64,000 nt of DNA from contig SEAY01000045.1 of assembly GCA_004144865.1 (NCBI GenBank), forward strand, positions 12,305 through 76,304, given 5' to 3'. The notes beneath the pieces are model-generated. The model made no database searches. It had not been told where the DNA came from and was given only the letters and a program-made list of their open reading frames with translations. Each line of letters begins with the position of its first letter. Position 1 is the first letter of the stretch. The DNA comes from Comamonadaceae bacterium. Its GTDB lineage: Bacteria; Pseudomonadota; Gammaproteobacteria; Burkholderiales; Burkholderiaceae_C. This document shows positions 47,422 through 56,178 of the stretch, in pieces. Both the position numbers and the translations under genes were made by a program.

Positions 47422-48647
47422 GCGAGAAGCTCCGCCAGCGGCAGGAAACGCACGCGCTCACCCCGCGCGATCACCTGCCCGCCTGCCACGTCGACCAGCC
47501 CGTCGGCCCACACGGTGGACGTGAGCACGCCGGAACTCTGGTTGGGGAACAGCGCGACGCCGCCCTGCGCATCGCGGCGCGCCCGCAGGAACTCACGTCG
47601 CTTGTCCGCACGCGGCCAGTCGAAGTGCGCCGGCAACTGCACCTCGCGCGGCTCCAGGCGCGTGGCCCCCTGCAGCTTCAGCAGGAAGGGCCGCACCAGC
47701 AGCAGGAAGGTGACGAAGCTGGAGACGGGATTGCCCGGCAAGCCGATGAAATGCGCATCGCCCACGCGCCCGTGCGCGAAAGGCTTGCCGGGCTTCATCG
47801 AAATCTGCCAGAGGTCCAGCGACCCCAGCTGTTGCACCGCGGGCTTGATGTGGTCTTCCTCGCCGACCGACACGCCGCCGCTGGTGAGGATCAGGTCGTT
47901 GTCGCGTGCGGCCTCGCGCAGGGCGTCCAGCGTGGCATCCCGACGATCGGGGACGATGCCGAGGTCGCGCACCTCGCAGCCCATGCGCAACAGCAGGCTG
48001 CGCAGGAAGAAGCGGTTCGAGTTGTAGATCGCGCCGGGCTTCATGGCCTCGGGCGCCACCGCACCGGGCATCACCAGTTCGTCGCCGGTGGAGAACAGCG
48101 CCACGCGCGGCCGGCGCGCCACCTGCACGCTGTCGCGGCCTATGCTGGCCGCAAGGCCCAGCGCGGCGGGGCCCAGGCGCTCACCGCGCGCCAGCACGGT
48201 GCTGCCGCGCGTGATGTCCTCGCCGCTGCGGCGGATCCACTGGCCCTCCGACGGCACGCGCAGGATGCGCACGCGGCCATCTTCCAGCGCCTCGGTGTCT
48301 TCCTGCATCACGATGGCGTCGGCACCCGCGGGTACCGTTGCCCCCGTGAAGATGCGCGCCGCGGTGCCGGGCTGCAGCGGCTGCGCCGCCGCGCCGGCGG
48401 GAATGCGCTGGCTCACGGGCAGCGGCACGCCCTCGTCGGCAATCTCCGCCCTGCGCACCGCATAGCCGTCCATGGAACTGTTGTCCTGCGGCGGCACCTG
48501 CAGCGCGGACACGAGGTCTTCGGCAAGCACGCGCCCGTCCGCCTCGAAGGTGGACACGGATTCTGTGTCCGCGAGCGGCTGCGCGCGCGCGAGCAGGTCG
48601 GCGAGCGCGTCGTCGAGGTTGCGCAGCGGCGGCCGTGGCGTGTTCAC
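47418..48647 (-). CDS. moeA: Molybdopterin molybdotransferase
   Basis: A GTG start overlaps the mobB stop (GTGA). VNTPRPPLRNLDDALADLLARAQP...SSMDGYAVR...TGDELV...SGGVSVGEEDH, the MoeA N, MoCF and C domains. Confidence 0.9.
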   Translation of the reverse strand: MNTPRPPLRNLDDALADLLARAQPLADTESVSTFEADGRVLAEDLVSALQVPPQDNSSMDGYAVRRAEIADEGVPLPVSQRIPAGAAAQPLQPGTAARIFTGATVPAGADAIVMQEDTEALEDGRVRILRVPSEGQWIRRSGEDITRGSTVLARGERLGPAALGLAASIGRDSVQVARRPRVALFSTGDELVMPGAVAPEAMKPGAIYNSNRFFLRSLLLRMGCEVRDLGIVPDRRDATLDALREAARDNDLILTSGGVSVGEEDHIKPAVQQLGSLDLWQISMKPGKPFAHGRVGDAHFIGLPGNPVSSFVTFLLLVRPFLLKLQGATRLEPREVQLPAHFDWPRADKRREFLRARRDAQGGVALFPNQSSGVLTSTVWADGLVDVAGGQVIARGERVRFLPLAELLA

Positions 48648-49177
48648 GCGTATCTCTCCGGGTCGTAGTCGAACCGGTGGCCATTCTCGACCAGCCACTG
48701 CGCCACCGCATCCGGGTCGTTCAGATCCAGCACGGGCCGCAGGGTGGGCTCCGGCAGCCGGCCCGGCTCGTCCGTGGCGATGGCCACGATGAATTCGTCG
48801 TCCGGGTAGCGCGCCGGCTTGCCGGCCTCGGGCCGCCAGACCTCGACCTTCAGCAGGTTGCTGTGCTTGAAGCCCTCGACCAGCACCCAATCCACGCCGT
48901 CCCACAGTTCCGCCAGCAGCTGGTGCACGCTGAGCCGGGCCTCCTGCTCGAACTCGCGCATCAGCGCCAGCCGGCGGTCCGACGCGACCACCACCTCGAA
49001 CGCTCCCGCCTCGCGGTGCCGATAGCTGTCCTTGCCGGGATGGTCGATGTCGAAGTCGTGGTGGGCGTGCTTCACGACGGACACGCGCAGCCCGCGCAGC
49101 TTGAGCGCGGGGATCAGCTGTTCGACGAGGTGGGTCTTGCCAGAGCCGGAGTAACCAGCGAATCCGACGACTTTCAT
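48644..49177 (-). CDS. mobB: Molybdopterin-guanine dinucleotide biosynthesis adaptor MobB
   Basis: MKVVGFAGYSGSGKTHLVEQLIPALKLRGLRVSVVKHAHHDFDIDHPGKDSYRHREAG. Confidence 0.9.
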   Translation of the reverse strand: MKVVGFAGYSGSGKTHLVEQLIPALKLRGLRVSVVKHAHHDFDIDHPGKDSYRHREAGAFEVVVASDRRLALMREFEQEARLSVHQLLAELWDGVDWVLVEGFKHSNLLKVEVWRPEAGKPARYPDDEFIVAIATDEPGRLPEPTLRPVLDLNDPDAVAQWLVENGHRFDYDPERYA

Positions 49178-50583
49178 GCGCAGTGCGCCGCGATGAACTG
49201 CTTGACCTGCGCGGCGTCGGCCGGCAGCAAGGTCACGCGCTTCGGGAGGTCCTCGATGCCGGCGAACTTCGCCGGGCGCTCCGGTTCACGACCGAGCGCC
49301 TCGACGATGGTGGCGGCGAACTTGATCGGCAGCGCCGTCTCCAGCACGATCATCGGCACGCCGGGCTGCAGCCGCTCGCGCGCGACCTTCAGGCCGTCGG
49401 CCGTGTGGGTGTCGATCATGGTGCCGAAGCGTTGCCAGGTGTCGCGGATCGTGGAGACGCGGTCGGCGTGCGTGCTGCGGCCGGACACGAAGCCGTACTG
49501 CGTGCGGGCGCGGGCAATGTCGCCGGAAAGGGTGAACTGCCCCTTGGCCGCGAGTTCCTCGGCGAACAGGTAGCGCAGCCTGGCGCCGTCGCGCTCCAGC
49601 AGGTCGAACACGAAGCGCTCGAAGTTGCTCGCCTTGGAGATGTCCATCGAGGGGCTCGAGGTCTCGTAGGTGTCCCTGCTGCCGCGCACGCGATAGACGC
49701 CGGTGCGGAAGAACTCGTCGAGGACGTCGTTCTCGTTGGTGGCCAGCACCAGCTGGGCGATCGGCAGGCCCATCATGCGGGCGACGTGGCCGGCGCAGAT
49801 GTTGCCGAAGTTGCCGGAGGGCACGGCGAAGCTCACGCGCTCGTCGTTGCCCTTGGTGGCCTGGAAGTACCCGGCGAAGTAATAGACCACCTGCGCCACC
49901 AGCCGCGCCCAGTTGATCGAATTGACCGTGCCGATGCGGTACTTGCGCTTGAACGCCAGGTCGTTCGACACCGCCTTCACGATGTCCTGGCAGTCGTCGA
50001 ACACGCCCTCGATGGCGAGGTTGTGGATGTTCGCGTCCTGCAGGCTGAACATCTGCGCTTGCTGGAACGGGCTCATGCGGCCTTCGGGCGAGGTCATGAA
50101 GACCCGCACGCCCTTCTTGCCCCGCATGGCGTATTCGGCCGCGCTGCCCGTGTCGCCGGAGGTGGCGCCCAGGATGTTGAGCTCCTCGCCGCGCCGGGCC
50201 AGTTCGTACTCGAACAGGTTGCCCAGCAGCTGCATGGCCATGTCCTTGAAGGCCAGCGTGGGGCCGTTGGACAGGGCTTCGAGATACACGCCCTCTTCCA
50301 GCTTGCGCAGGGGCACGATCTCGCGGCTGCCGAAGACTTCCGGCGTGTACGTCTTGCGGCAGATCGCGCGCAGGTCGTCGGCCGGGATGTCGTCGATGTA
50401 GAGGGACAGCACCTCGAAGGCGAGGTCGGCGTACGGCAGGCCGCGCCACTTCGCGAGGGTGGTGGCGTCGACCTGCGGATAGCGCTCGGGCAGGTACAGG
50501 CCGCCGTCGGGCGCAAGGCCTTCCAGGAGGATCTCGCAGAAATGCTTGCGGTCCGGGTGGCCGCGGGTGGACAGGTACAGCAT
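49174..50583 (-). CDS. thrC: Threonine synthase
   Basis: MLYLSTRGHPDRKHFCEILLEGLAPDGGLYLPE...PTLAFKDMAMQ (PLP lysine)...ATSGDTGSAA. Confidence 0.95.
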   Translation of the reverse strand: MLYLSTRGHPDRKHFCEILLEGLAPDGGLYLPERYPQVDATTLAKWRGLPYADLAFEVLSLYIDDIPADDLRAICRKTYTPEVFGSREIVPLRKLEEGVYLEALSNGPTLAFKDMAMQLLGNLFEYELARRGEELNILGATSGDTGSAAEYAMRGKKGVRVFMTSPEGRMSPFQQAQMFSLQDANIHNLAIEGVFDDCQDIVKAVSNDLAFKRKYRIGTVNSINWARLVAQVVYYFAGYFQATKGNDERVSFAVPSGNFGNICAGHVARMMGLPIAQLVLATNENDVLDEFFRTGVYRVRGSRDTYETSSPSMDISKASNFERFVFDLLERDGARLRYLFAEELAAKGQFTLSGDIARARTQYGFVSGRSTHADRVSTIRDTWQRFGTMIDTHTADGLKVARERLQPGVPMIVLETALPIKFAATIVEALGREPERPAKFAGIEDLPKRVTLLPADAAQVKQFIAAHCA

Positions 50584-50597
50584 GGTCCTCGGGCCCC

Positions 50598-51920
50598 TCA
50601 GGCCAGTTCTTCCTTGCGGATGCGGGTGATGGGCGCGAGCACGGTGGCCAGCCCCTGCACCTGCGCGAGCACCTCGTTCATGGTGCCTTCGCGCACGCTG
50701 TGCGTGAGCAGGATCAGGTCGGTATGCGTGGAGCCCTGGCCGCCCACCGCCGAAGCCTCGCGCTGCAGCATGGCGTCGATGCTGATGCCCGCATTGGCGA
50801 GCAGGCCCGCGACCTTCGCCAGCACGCCCGCCTGGTCGGCCACGCGCAGGCGCAGGTAGTAGCTGGTGACCACCTCGCTCATGGGGAGGATCACCTCGTC
50901 GCTGATCGCCTCGGGCTGGAAAGCCAGGTGCGGCACGCGGTGCGCGGCGTCCACCGTGTGCAGGCGCGTGACGTCCACCAGGTCGGCGATCACGGCGCTG
51001 GCGGTCGGCTCGCTGCCGGCGCCCTTGCCGTAGTACAGCGTGGTGCCGACGGCGTCGCCCTGCACCATCACGGCGTTCATCGCGCCTTCCACGTTGGCGA
51101 TCAGGCGCTTGCACGGCACCAGCGTCGGGTGCACCCGCAGCTCGATGCCCTTGGCGGTGCGCTTGGTGATCCCCAGCAGCTTGATGCGGTAGCCCAGTTG
51201 CTCGGCGTACTCGATGTCCACCGCGGAGAGCTTCGTGATGCCCTCGACGTAGGCCTTGTCGAACTGCACCGGCACCCCGAAGGCGATGGCGCTCATGATG
51301 GTCGCCTTGTGCGCGGCGTCCACGCCCTCGATGTCGAACGTCGGGTCGGCCTCGGCGTAACCGAGACGCTGCGCTTCCTTCAGCACCACCTCGAAGTCCA
51401 GGCCCTTGTCCCGCATCTCCGACAGGATGAAGTTGGTGGTGCCGTTGATGATGCCGGCGATCCACTCGATGCGGTTGGCCGTCAGGCCCTCGCGCAGGGA
51501 CTTGATGATCGGGATGCCGCCGGCCACCGCGGCCTCGAAGGCGACCATCACGCCCTTGGCGTGGGCGGCCGCGAAGATCTCGGTGCCGTGCACGGCCAGC
51601 AGCGCCTTGTTGGCGGTGACGACGTGCTTGCCCTTTTCGATGGCCTCCATTACCAGCTGGCGCGCGATGCCATAGCCGCCGATTAGCTCGATCACGATGT
51701 CGATGTCGGGGTTGGCGATGATCTCGCGCGCGTCCTTCACCACCTTGGCACTGCCGCCGACCACGGCTTCGGCGCGCGCGGTGTCGAGGTCGGCCACCAT
51801 CGTGATGGCGATGCCGCGGCCGGCGCGGCGCTGGATTTCGGCCTGGTTGCGCTTCAGGACATTGAAGACGCCGCTGCCCACGGTGCCTATGCCCAGCAGG
51901 CCGACTTGGATCGGTTTCAT
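50598..51920 (-). CDS. hom: Homoserine dehydrogenase
   Basis: MKPIQVGLLGIGTVGSGVFNVLKRN...VVTANKALLA...NGTTNFILS, with a C-terminal ACT domain. Confidence 0.95.
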   Translation of the reverse strand: MKPIQVGLLGIGTVGSGVFNVLKRNQAEIQRRAGRGIAITMVADLDTARAEAVVGGSAKVVKDAREIIANPDIDIVIELIGGYGIARQLVMEAIEKGKHVVTANKALLAVHGTEIFAAAHAKGVMVAFEAAVAGGIPIIKSLREGLTANRIEWIAGIINGTTNFILSEMRDKGLDFEVVLKEAQRLGYAEADPTFDIEGVDAAHKATIMSAIAFGVPVQFDKAYVEGITKLSAVDIEYAEQLGYRIKLLGITKRTAKGIELRVHPTLVPCKRLIANVEGAMNAVMVQGDAVGTTLYYGKGAGSEPTASAVIADLVDVTRLHTVDAAHRVPHLAFQPEAISDEVILPMSEVVTSYYLRLRVADQAGVLAKVAGLLANAGISIDAMLQREASAVGGQGSTHTDLILLTHSVREGTMNEVLAQVQGLATVLAPITRIRKEELA

Positions 51921-53143
51921 TTCGAGTGTCGCTTGCGATAGTTGTCGAGGAAGCGCGCGATGCGGCCGACGGCCTCGCGCAGGTCGTCCTCGTGCGGCAG
52001 GAACACGATGCGGAAGTGCTGGTTGTCGGGATAGTTGAAGCCCGAACCCTGCACCAGCATCACCCGCGTCTCCTGCAGGAGCTCCAGGAAGAACTGGCGG
52101 TCGTCCTGGATCGGATAGACCTTCGGATCGAGCCGCGGGAACATGTACAGGGCCGCCTGCGGCTTGTTGCAGGTGACGCCGGGAATGGCGGTGATCAGCT
52201 CGTGGGCCAGGTCGCGCTGGCGGCGCAGGCGCCCGCCGGGGCCCACCAGTTCGTTGATGCTCTGGTAGCCGCCCAGCGCCGTCTGGATGGCGAACTGGCC
52301 CGGCACGTTGGAGCACAGGCGCATGTTCGAGAGCATGTTGAGGCCCTCGACATAGTCGGCCGCCGCCCTCTTGTCGCCGGACAGGACCATCCAGCCGGCG
52401 CGGTAGCCGCAGGAGCGGTAGCTCTTGGAGAGCGAGTTGAACGTGAGCGTGAGCACGTCCCGCGACAGGCTGGCGATGGCCGTGTGCTTCACGCCCTCGT
52501 ACAGCACCTTGTCGTAGACCTCGTCGGCGAAGATCACGAGGCCATGCTGGCGCGCGATGTCCACCAGTTCCTTGAGCAGGTCGTCGGAATACAGCGCGCC
52601 CGTCGGGTTGTTCGGGTTGATCACCACGATGCCCTTGGTCGCGGGCGTGATCTTGCGGCGGATGTCGTCCAGGTCCGGCATCCAGCCGTTGGCCTCGTCG
52701 CACATGTAGTGCACCGGCGTGCCGCCCGAAAGCGCGGTGCTCGCCGTCCACAGCGGGTAGTCCGGCGAGGGCAGCAGCAGCTCGTCGCCCTCGTTCAGCA
52801 GCGCGTTGGTGGAGAGCGCGATCAGCTCGCTGGCGCCGTTGCCGAGCCAGATGTCGTCGAGGGTGACGCCCTGGATGCCCTGCTGCTGCGTGTAGTGCAT
52901 CACCGCCTTGCGCGCGGCGAAGATGCCCTTGCTGTCGGAGTAGCCCGCCGAATTCGGCAGGTTGCGGATCATGTCCTGCTGGATTTCCTCGGGGGCGTCG
53001 AAGCCGAACGGCGCGAGGTTGCCGATGTTCAGCTTGATGACCTTGTGGCCTTCCTCCTCCATCTGGCGGGCGGCGTCCATGATCGGTCCCCGGATGTCGT
53101 AGAGGACATTGGCGAGCTTGGTGGATTTCTGGACGGTCTTCAA
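51917..53143 (-). CDS. alaA: Alanine (glutamate-pyruvate) aminotransferase AlaA-like, PLP-dependent
   Basis: 408 aa, MKTVQKSTKLANVLYDIRGPIMDAARQMEEEGHKVIKLNIGNLAPFGFDAPEE...NPNNPTGA...SLSKSYRSCGYRAGW. It is colinear with E. coli AlaA as I recall it. Confidence 0.85.
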   Translation of the reverse strand: MKTVQKSTKLANVLYDIRGPIMDAARQMEEEGHKVIKLNIGNLAPFGFDAPEEIQQDMIRNLPNSAGYSDSKGIFAARKAVMHYTQQQGIQGVTLDDIWLGNGASELIALSTNALLNEGDELLLPSPDYPLWTASTALSGGTPVHYMCDEANGWMPDLDDIRRKITPATKGIVVINPNNPTGALYSDDLLKELVDIARQHGLVIFADEVYDKVLYEGVKHTAIASLSRDVLTLTFNSLSKSYRSCGYRAGWMVLSGDKRAAADYVEGLNMLSNMRLCSNVPGQFAIQTALGGYQSINELVGPGGRLRRQRDLAHELITAIPGVTCNKPQAALYMFPRLDPKVYPIQDDRQFFLELLQETRVMLVQGSGFNYPDNQHFRIVFLPHEDDLREAVGRIARFLDNYRKRHSK

Positions 53144-53239
53144 AAAGCCCTCCTGACGGGCGCGGATGCGAGGTGAAACCTATAATTTGACCACAGTCCG
53201 TGCATTGCCCTCCCGGGCGTTCCCTCCTGCGCCGCGCCC

Positions 53240-53614
53240 TTGAAACTCCAGCCCGATCGATCCGACGTCCAGACCATCAGCGGCTACGGCCCCGGCTGGG
53301 TGGGCGTGGGCCCGGAAAAGATCACGCACAACGTCGTGATTGGCTCCGGCGGCCAGCGCATCCCCTGGGCCGCGCGCTTCGAGGACCTCGGCCCGGCCGA
53401 TTTCGAGGTGCTGGCGCAGCTGCAGGTGGAAGTGGTGATCTTCGGCAGCGGAGCGCGCATCCGCTTCCCCCGGCCGGCGTGGATCGTGCCGCTGGCGCAG
53501 CGCCGCATCGGCATCGAAACGATGGATACCGCGGCGGCCTGCCGCACCTACAACATCCTGGCGCAGGAGGGGCGCGACGTCGCAGTGGCCCTCCTTCTCG
53601 ATACGGCTCCCTGA
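53240..53614 (+). CDS. Mth938-like (DUF498 / NDUFAF3-like) domain protein
   Basis: 124 aa, ...ISGYGPGWVGVGPEKITHNVVIGSGG...VVIFGSGARIRFPRPAW...GIETMDTAAACRTYNILAQEGRDV. Confidence 0.7.
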   Translation: MKLQPDRSDVQTISGYGPGWVGVGPEKITHNVVIGSGGQRIPWAARFEDLGPADFEVLAQLQVEVVIFGSGARIRFPRPAWIVPLAQRRIGIETMDTAAACRTYNILAQEGRDVAVALLLDTAP

Positions 53615-53734
53615 GGCCGGGAGGCGGCGAATAGCCGTTTCGCTGTAAAATCTCGTGTTGCGGCCGGGCCTGCGCGAAGCCCCCGCCAACGAGACAAGAC
53701 TGTCACACAGAACCACCCACCGCATCAGGACACC

Positions 53735-54211
53735 ATGGCGATCGTTGTCAACAAACCCCTTCCAGAATTCGAAGCGAACGCCACCGGCGGCACCAAGGTG
53801 ACCAACACGTCGCACGTCGGGCAGGTCGTGGTCCTGTACTTCTACCCCAAGGACAATACCCCCGGCTGCACCACCGAGGCCATGCAGTTCCGCGACAAGT
53901 ACAAGGATTTCGTGAAGGCCGGCGCGGTGGTGTTCGGCGTCTCGCGCAACAACATGAAGTCGCACGACGAGTTCAAGGCCAAGCTGGAGCTGCCCTTCGA
54001 GCTGATCGCCGACACCGAGGAAAAGATGTGCCACATGTTCGGCGTGGTCAAGAACAAGATCATGTACGGCAAGAAGGTCAAGGGCATCGAGCGCAGCACC
54101 TTCCTGGTGGGCGCCGACGGCATCCTCAAGCAGGAATGGCGCGGCCTGAAGGTGCCGGGGCACGTGGACGATGTGCTCAAGGCGGTCAAGCTGCTGAAGA
54201 AGGCCGCCTGA
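53735..54211 (+). CDS. bcp: Peroxiredoxin Bcp (thioredoxin-dependent thiol peroxidase)
   Basis: VVLYFYPKDNTPGCTTEA (peroxidatic Cys), 158 aa. Confidence 0.9.
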   Translation: MAIVVNKPLPEFEANATGGTKVTNTSHVGQVVVLYFYPKDNTPGCTTEAMQFRDKYKDFVKAGAVVFGVSRNNMKSHDEFKAKLELPFELIADTEEKMCHMFGVVKNKIMYGKKVKGIERSTFLVGADGILKQEWRGLKVPGHVDDVLKAVKLLKKAA

Positions 54212-54241
54212 CGCTTCAGCACAACAGGTCGCCGTCCGACA

Positions 54242-54269
54242 TTGTCGTGCCGGGCATGGTGTGCATAAT
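54242..54269 (+). promoter_or_regulatory. Candidate sigma70 promoter between bcp and phoH2
   Basis: TTGTCG (54242-54247), a 16-nt spacer, then CATAAT (54264-54269). Confidence 0.35.
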
Positions 54270-54321
54270 GAATTCATGCCGTTGATCGAGACGCGACGCG
54301 TCATCACCGTCAGACCCGAAG

Positions 54322-54356
54322 AAGCCGCCTGGCCCGCCTGGCGGCTTTTTTGTTTT
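54322..54356 (+). terminator. Rho-independent terminator 110 nt after the bcp stop
   Basis: AAGCCGCC (54322-54329), a 10-nt loop, GGCGGCTT (54340-54347), followed by TTTTTGTTTT. Confidence 0.65.
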
Positions 54357-54387
54357 CCGAGTATCTCAACAGGAAGCCGTACCCCTC

Positions 54388-56070
54388 ATGCCCCTGCCTC
54401 CCGCACCGTCCAAGCGCGCCGCCCTCCTTCCGCCGGAAGCCTTCGATGCCCCGGCCCGTTCCTCGCAAAAGGCGGCGCGAAAATCGGAGGCTCCGGCGGC
54501 TGAGCTGCTGGAACTGCCGGAGGGCCTGGACGAGTTGGACCCCCGCGCCGGCGGCGGCGACGTGCCCGTGGGCAGTTACGACGCCGACATCGAGACCTAC
54601 CTCGACGAGCCGCAGCCGGCCAAGCGCCGCAAGGACGTGACCGTCCCCGCGCCGCAGCCCAAGAAGAAGAAGCCCACCGGGCCCGCCAAGATGTTCGTGC
54701 TGGACACCAACGTCCTGATGCACGACCCGATGAGCCTGTTCCGCTTCGACGAGCACGACATCTTCCTGCCCATGGTGGTGCTGGAAGAGCTCGACGGCCA
54801 CAAGAAGGGCACCACGGAAGTCGCCCGCAACGCGCGCCAGGCCAGCCGTTCGCTGGACGCCATGGCGAGCGCCCAAGGCGCGGAAATCACCACCGGCCTC
54901 AAGCTGGACAGCACCGGCCACAAGGAAGCCGGCGGCTGCCTGTTCTTCCAGACCATGCCGCTGTCGCCCACCGGGCTGCCGATGGGCCTGCCGCCGGGGA
55001 AGGCGGACAACCAGATCCTCAGCGTGGTGCAGGCCCTGCAGGAGAAGCATGCGCCGCGGCAGGTGGTGCTGGTGTCCAAGGACATCAACATGCGCGTCAA
55101 GGCGCGCGCGTTGGGCCTGAACACCGAGGACTACCGCAACGACAAGACGCTGGACGACCTGGACCTGATGTATTCGGGTTCGCTCGCCCTGCCCCCGGAC
55201 TTCTGGGCCAAGCACGGCAAGACGGTGGAGAGCTGGCAGTCCGGCCACCACACCTTCTATCGGATCAGCGGGCCCATCGTCCCGAGCCTGTTCATCAACC
55301 AGTTCGTGTTCTTCGAGGCGCCGGGCGAGCCGAGCCTCTATGCCCGCGTGACGGAAATCCGCGGCAAGACGGCGGTGCTGAAGACGCTGAAGGATTTCGG
55401 CCACCTGAAGAACTGCGTCTGGGGCGTGACCACCCGCAACCGCGAACAGAACTTCGCGATGAACCTGCTGATGGACCCCGAGATCGACTTCGTGACGCTC
55501 TCGGGCACCGCCGGCACCGGCAAGACGCTGATGGCGCTGGCCGCCGGCCTCACGCAGGTGCTGGACGAGCGCCGCTACACCGAGATCATCATGACGCGCG
55601 CCACCGTGAGCGTGGGCGAGGACATCGGCTTCCTGCCGGGCACCGAGGAGGAGAAGATGGGCCCCTGGATGGGCGCGCTCGACGACAACCTCGAAGTGCT
55701 GGGCAAGAGCGACAACGGCGCCGGCGAATGGGGCCGTGCCGCGACGAACGAGCTGATCCGCAGCCGCATCAAGATCAAGAGCATGAACTTCATGCGCGGC
55801 CGGACCTTCCTCAACAAGTACGTGATCATCGACGAGGCGCAGAACCTCACCCCCAAGCAGATGAAGACGCTGATCACGCGCGCCGGCCCGGGCACCAAGA
55901 TCATCTGCATGGGCAACCTGGCGCAGATCGACACGCCCTACCTCACCGAAGGCTCGTCCGGCCTCACCTTCGCGGTCGACAAGTTCAAGGGCTGGCCCCA
56001 CAGCGGCCACATCACGCTGGCACGCGGCGAGCGTTCGCGGCTGGCGGACTTCGCGAGCGACGTGCTCTAG
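54388..56070 (+). CDS. PhoH2-type protein (PIN domain fused to a PhoH-like ATPase)
   Basis: A ~100-aa low-complexity N-terminus, then PIN (MFVLDTNVLMHDP...VVLEELD) and PhoH (LSGTAGTGKTLMALAAGL, VIIDEAQNLTP, GERS). Confidence 0.9.
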   Translation: MPLPPAPSKRAALLPPEAFDAPARSSQKAARKSEAPAAELLELPEGLDELDPRAGGGDVPVGSYDADIETYLDEPQPAKRRKDVTVPAPQPKKKKPTGPAKMFVLDTNVLMHDPMSLFRFDEHDIFLPMVVLEELDGHKKGTTEVARNARQASRSLDAMASAQGAEITTGLKLDSTGHKEAGGCLFFQTMPLSPTGLPMGLPPGKADNQILSVVQALQEKHAPRQVVLVSKDINMRVKARALGLNTEDYRNDKTLDDLDLMYSGSLALPPDFWAKHGKTVESWQSGHHTFYRISGPIVPSLFINQFVFFEAPGEPSLYARVTEIRGKTAVLKTLKDFGHLKNCVWGVTTRNREQNFAMNLLMDPEIDFVTLSGTAGTGKTLMALAAGLTQVLDERRYTEIIMTRATVSVGEDIGFLPGTEEEKMGPWMGALDDNLEVLGKSDNGAGEWGRAATNELIRSRIKIKSMNFMRGRTFLNKYVIIDEAQNLTPKQMKTLITRAGPGTKIICMGNLAQIDTPYLTEGSSGLTFAVDKFKGWPHSGHITLARGERSRLADFASDVL

Positions 56071-56073
56071 CCT

Positions 56074-56177
56074 GCGTCATCCCCGCGCAGGCGGGGATCC
56101 AGGGCATTCGGGAGGGGCGCCATGCGCCCCTTCTTCATTTCGAAAGCCCTGGGTTCCCGCCTGCGCGGGAACGACGG
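56074..56177. repeat. REP family 1, inverted pair with a 42-nt spacer
   Basis: GCGTCATCCCCGCGCAGGCGGGGATCCAGGG (56074-56104) and CCCTGGGTTCCCGCCTGCGCGGGAACGACGG (56147-56177). It lies between convergent gene ends. Confidence 0.7.
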
Positions 56178-56178
56178 A

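Noticed and set aside
54261-54503. 80-aa ORF (MHNEFMPLIETRRV...) between bcp and phoH2.
   Set aside because: It reads straight through a strong intrinsic terminator and overlaps the phoH2 start out of frame. It has no Shine-Dalgarno sequence. I report the region as a possible sRNA or leader, not a gene.
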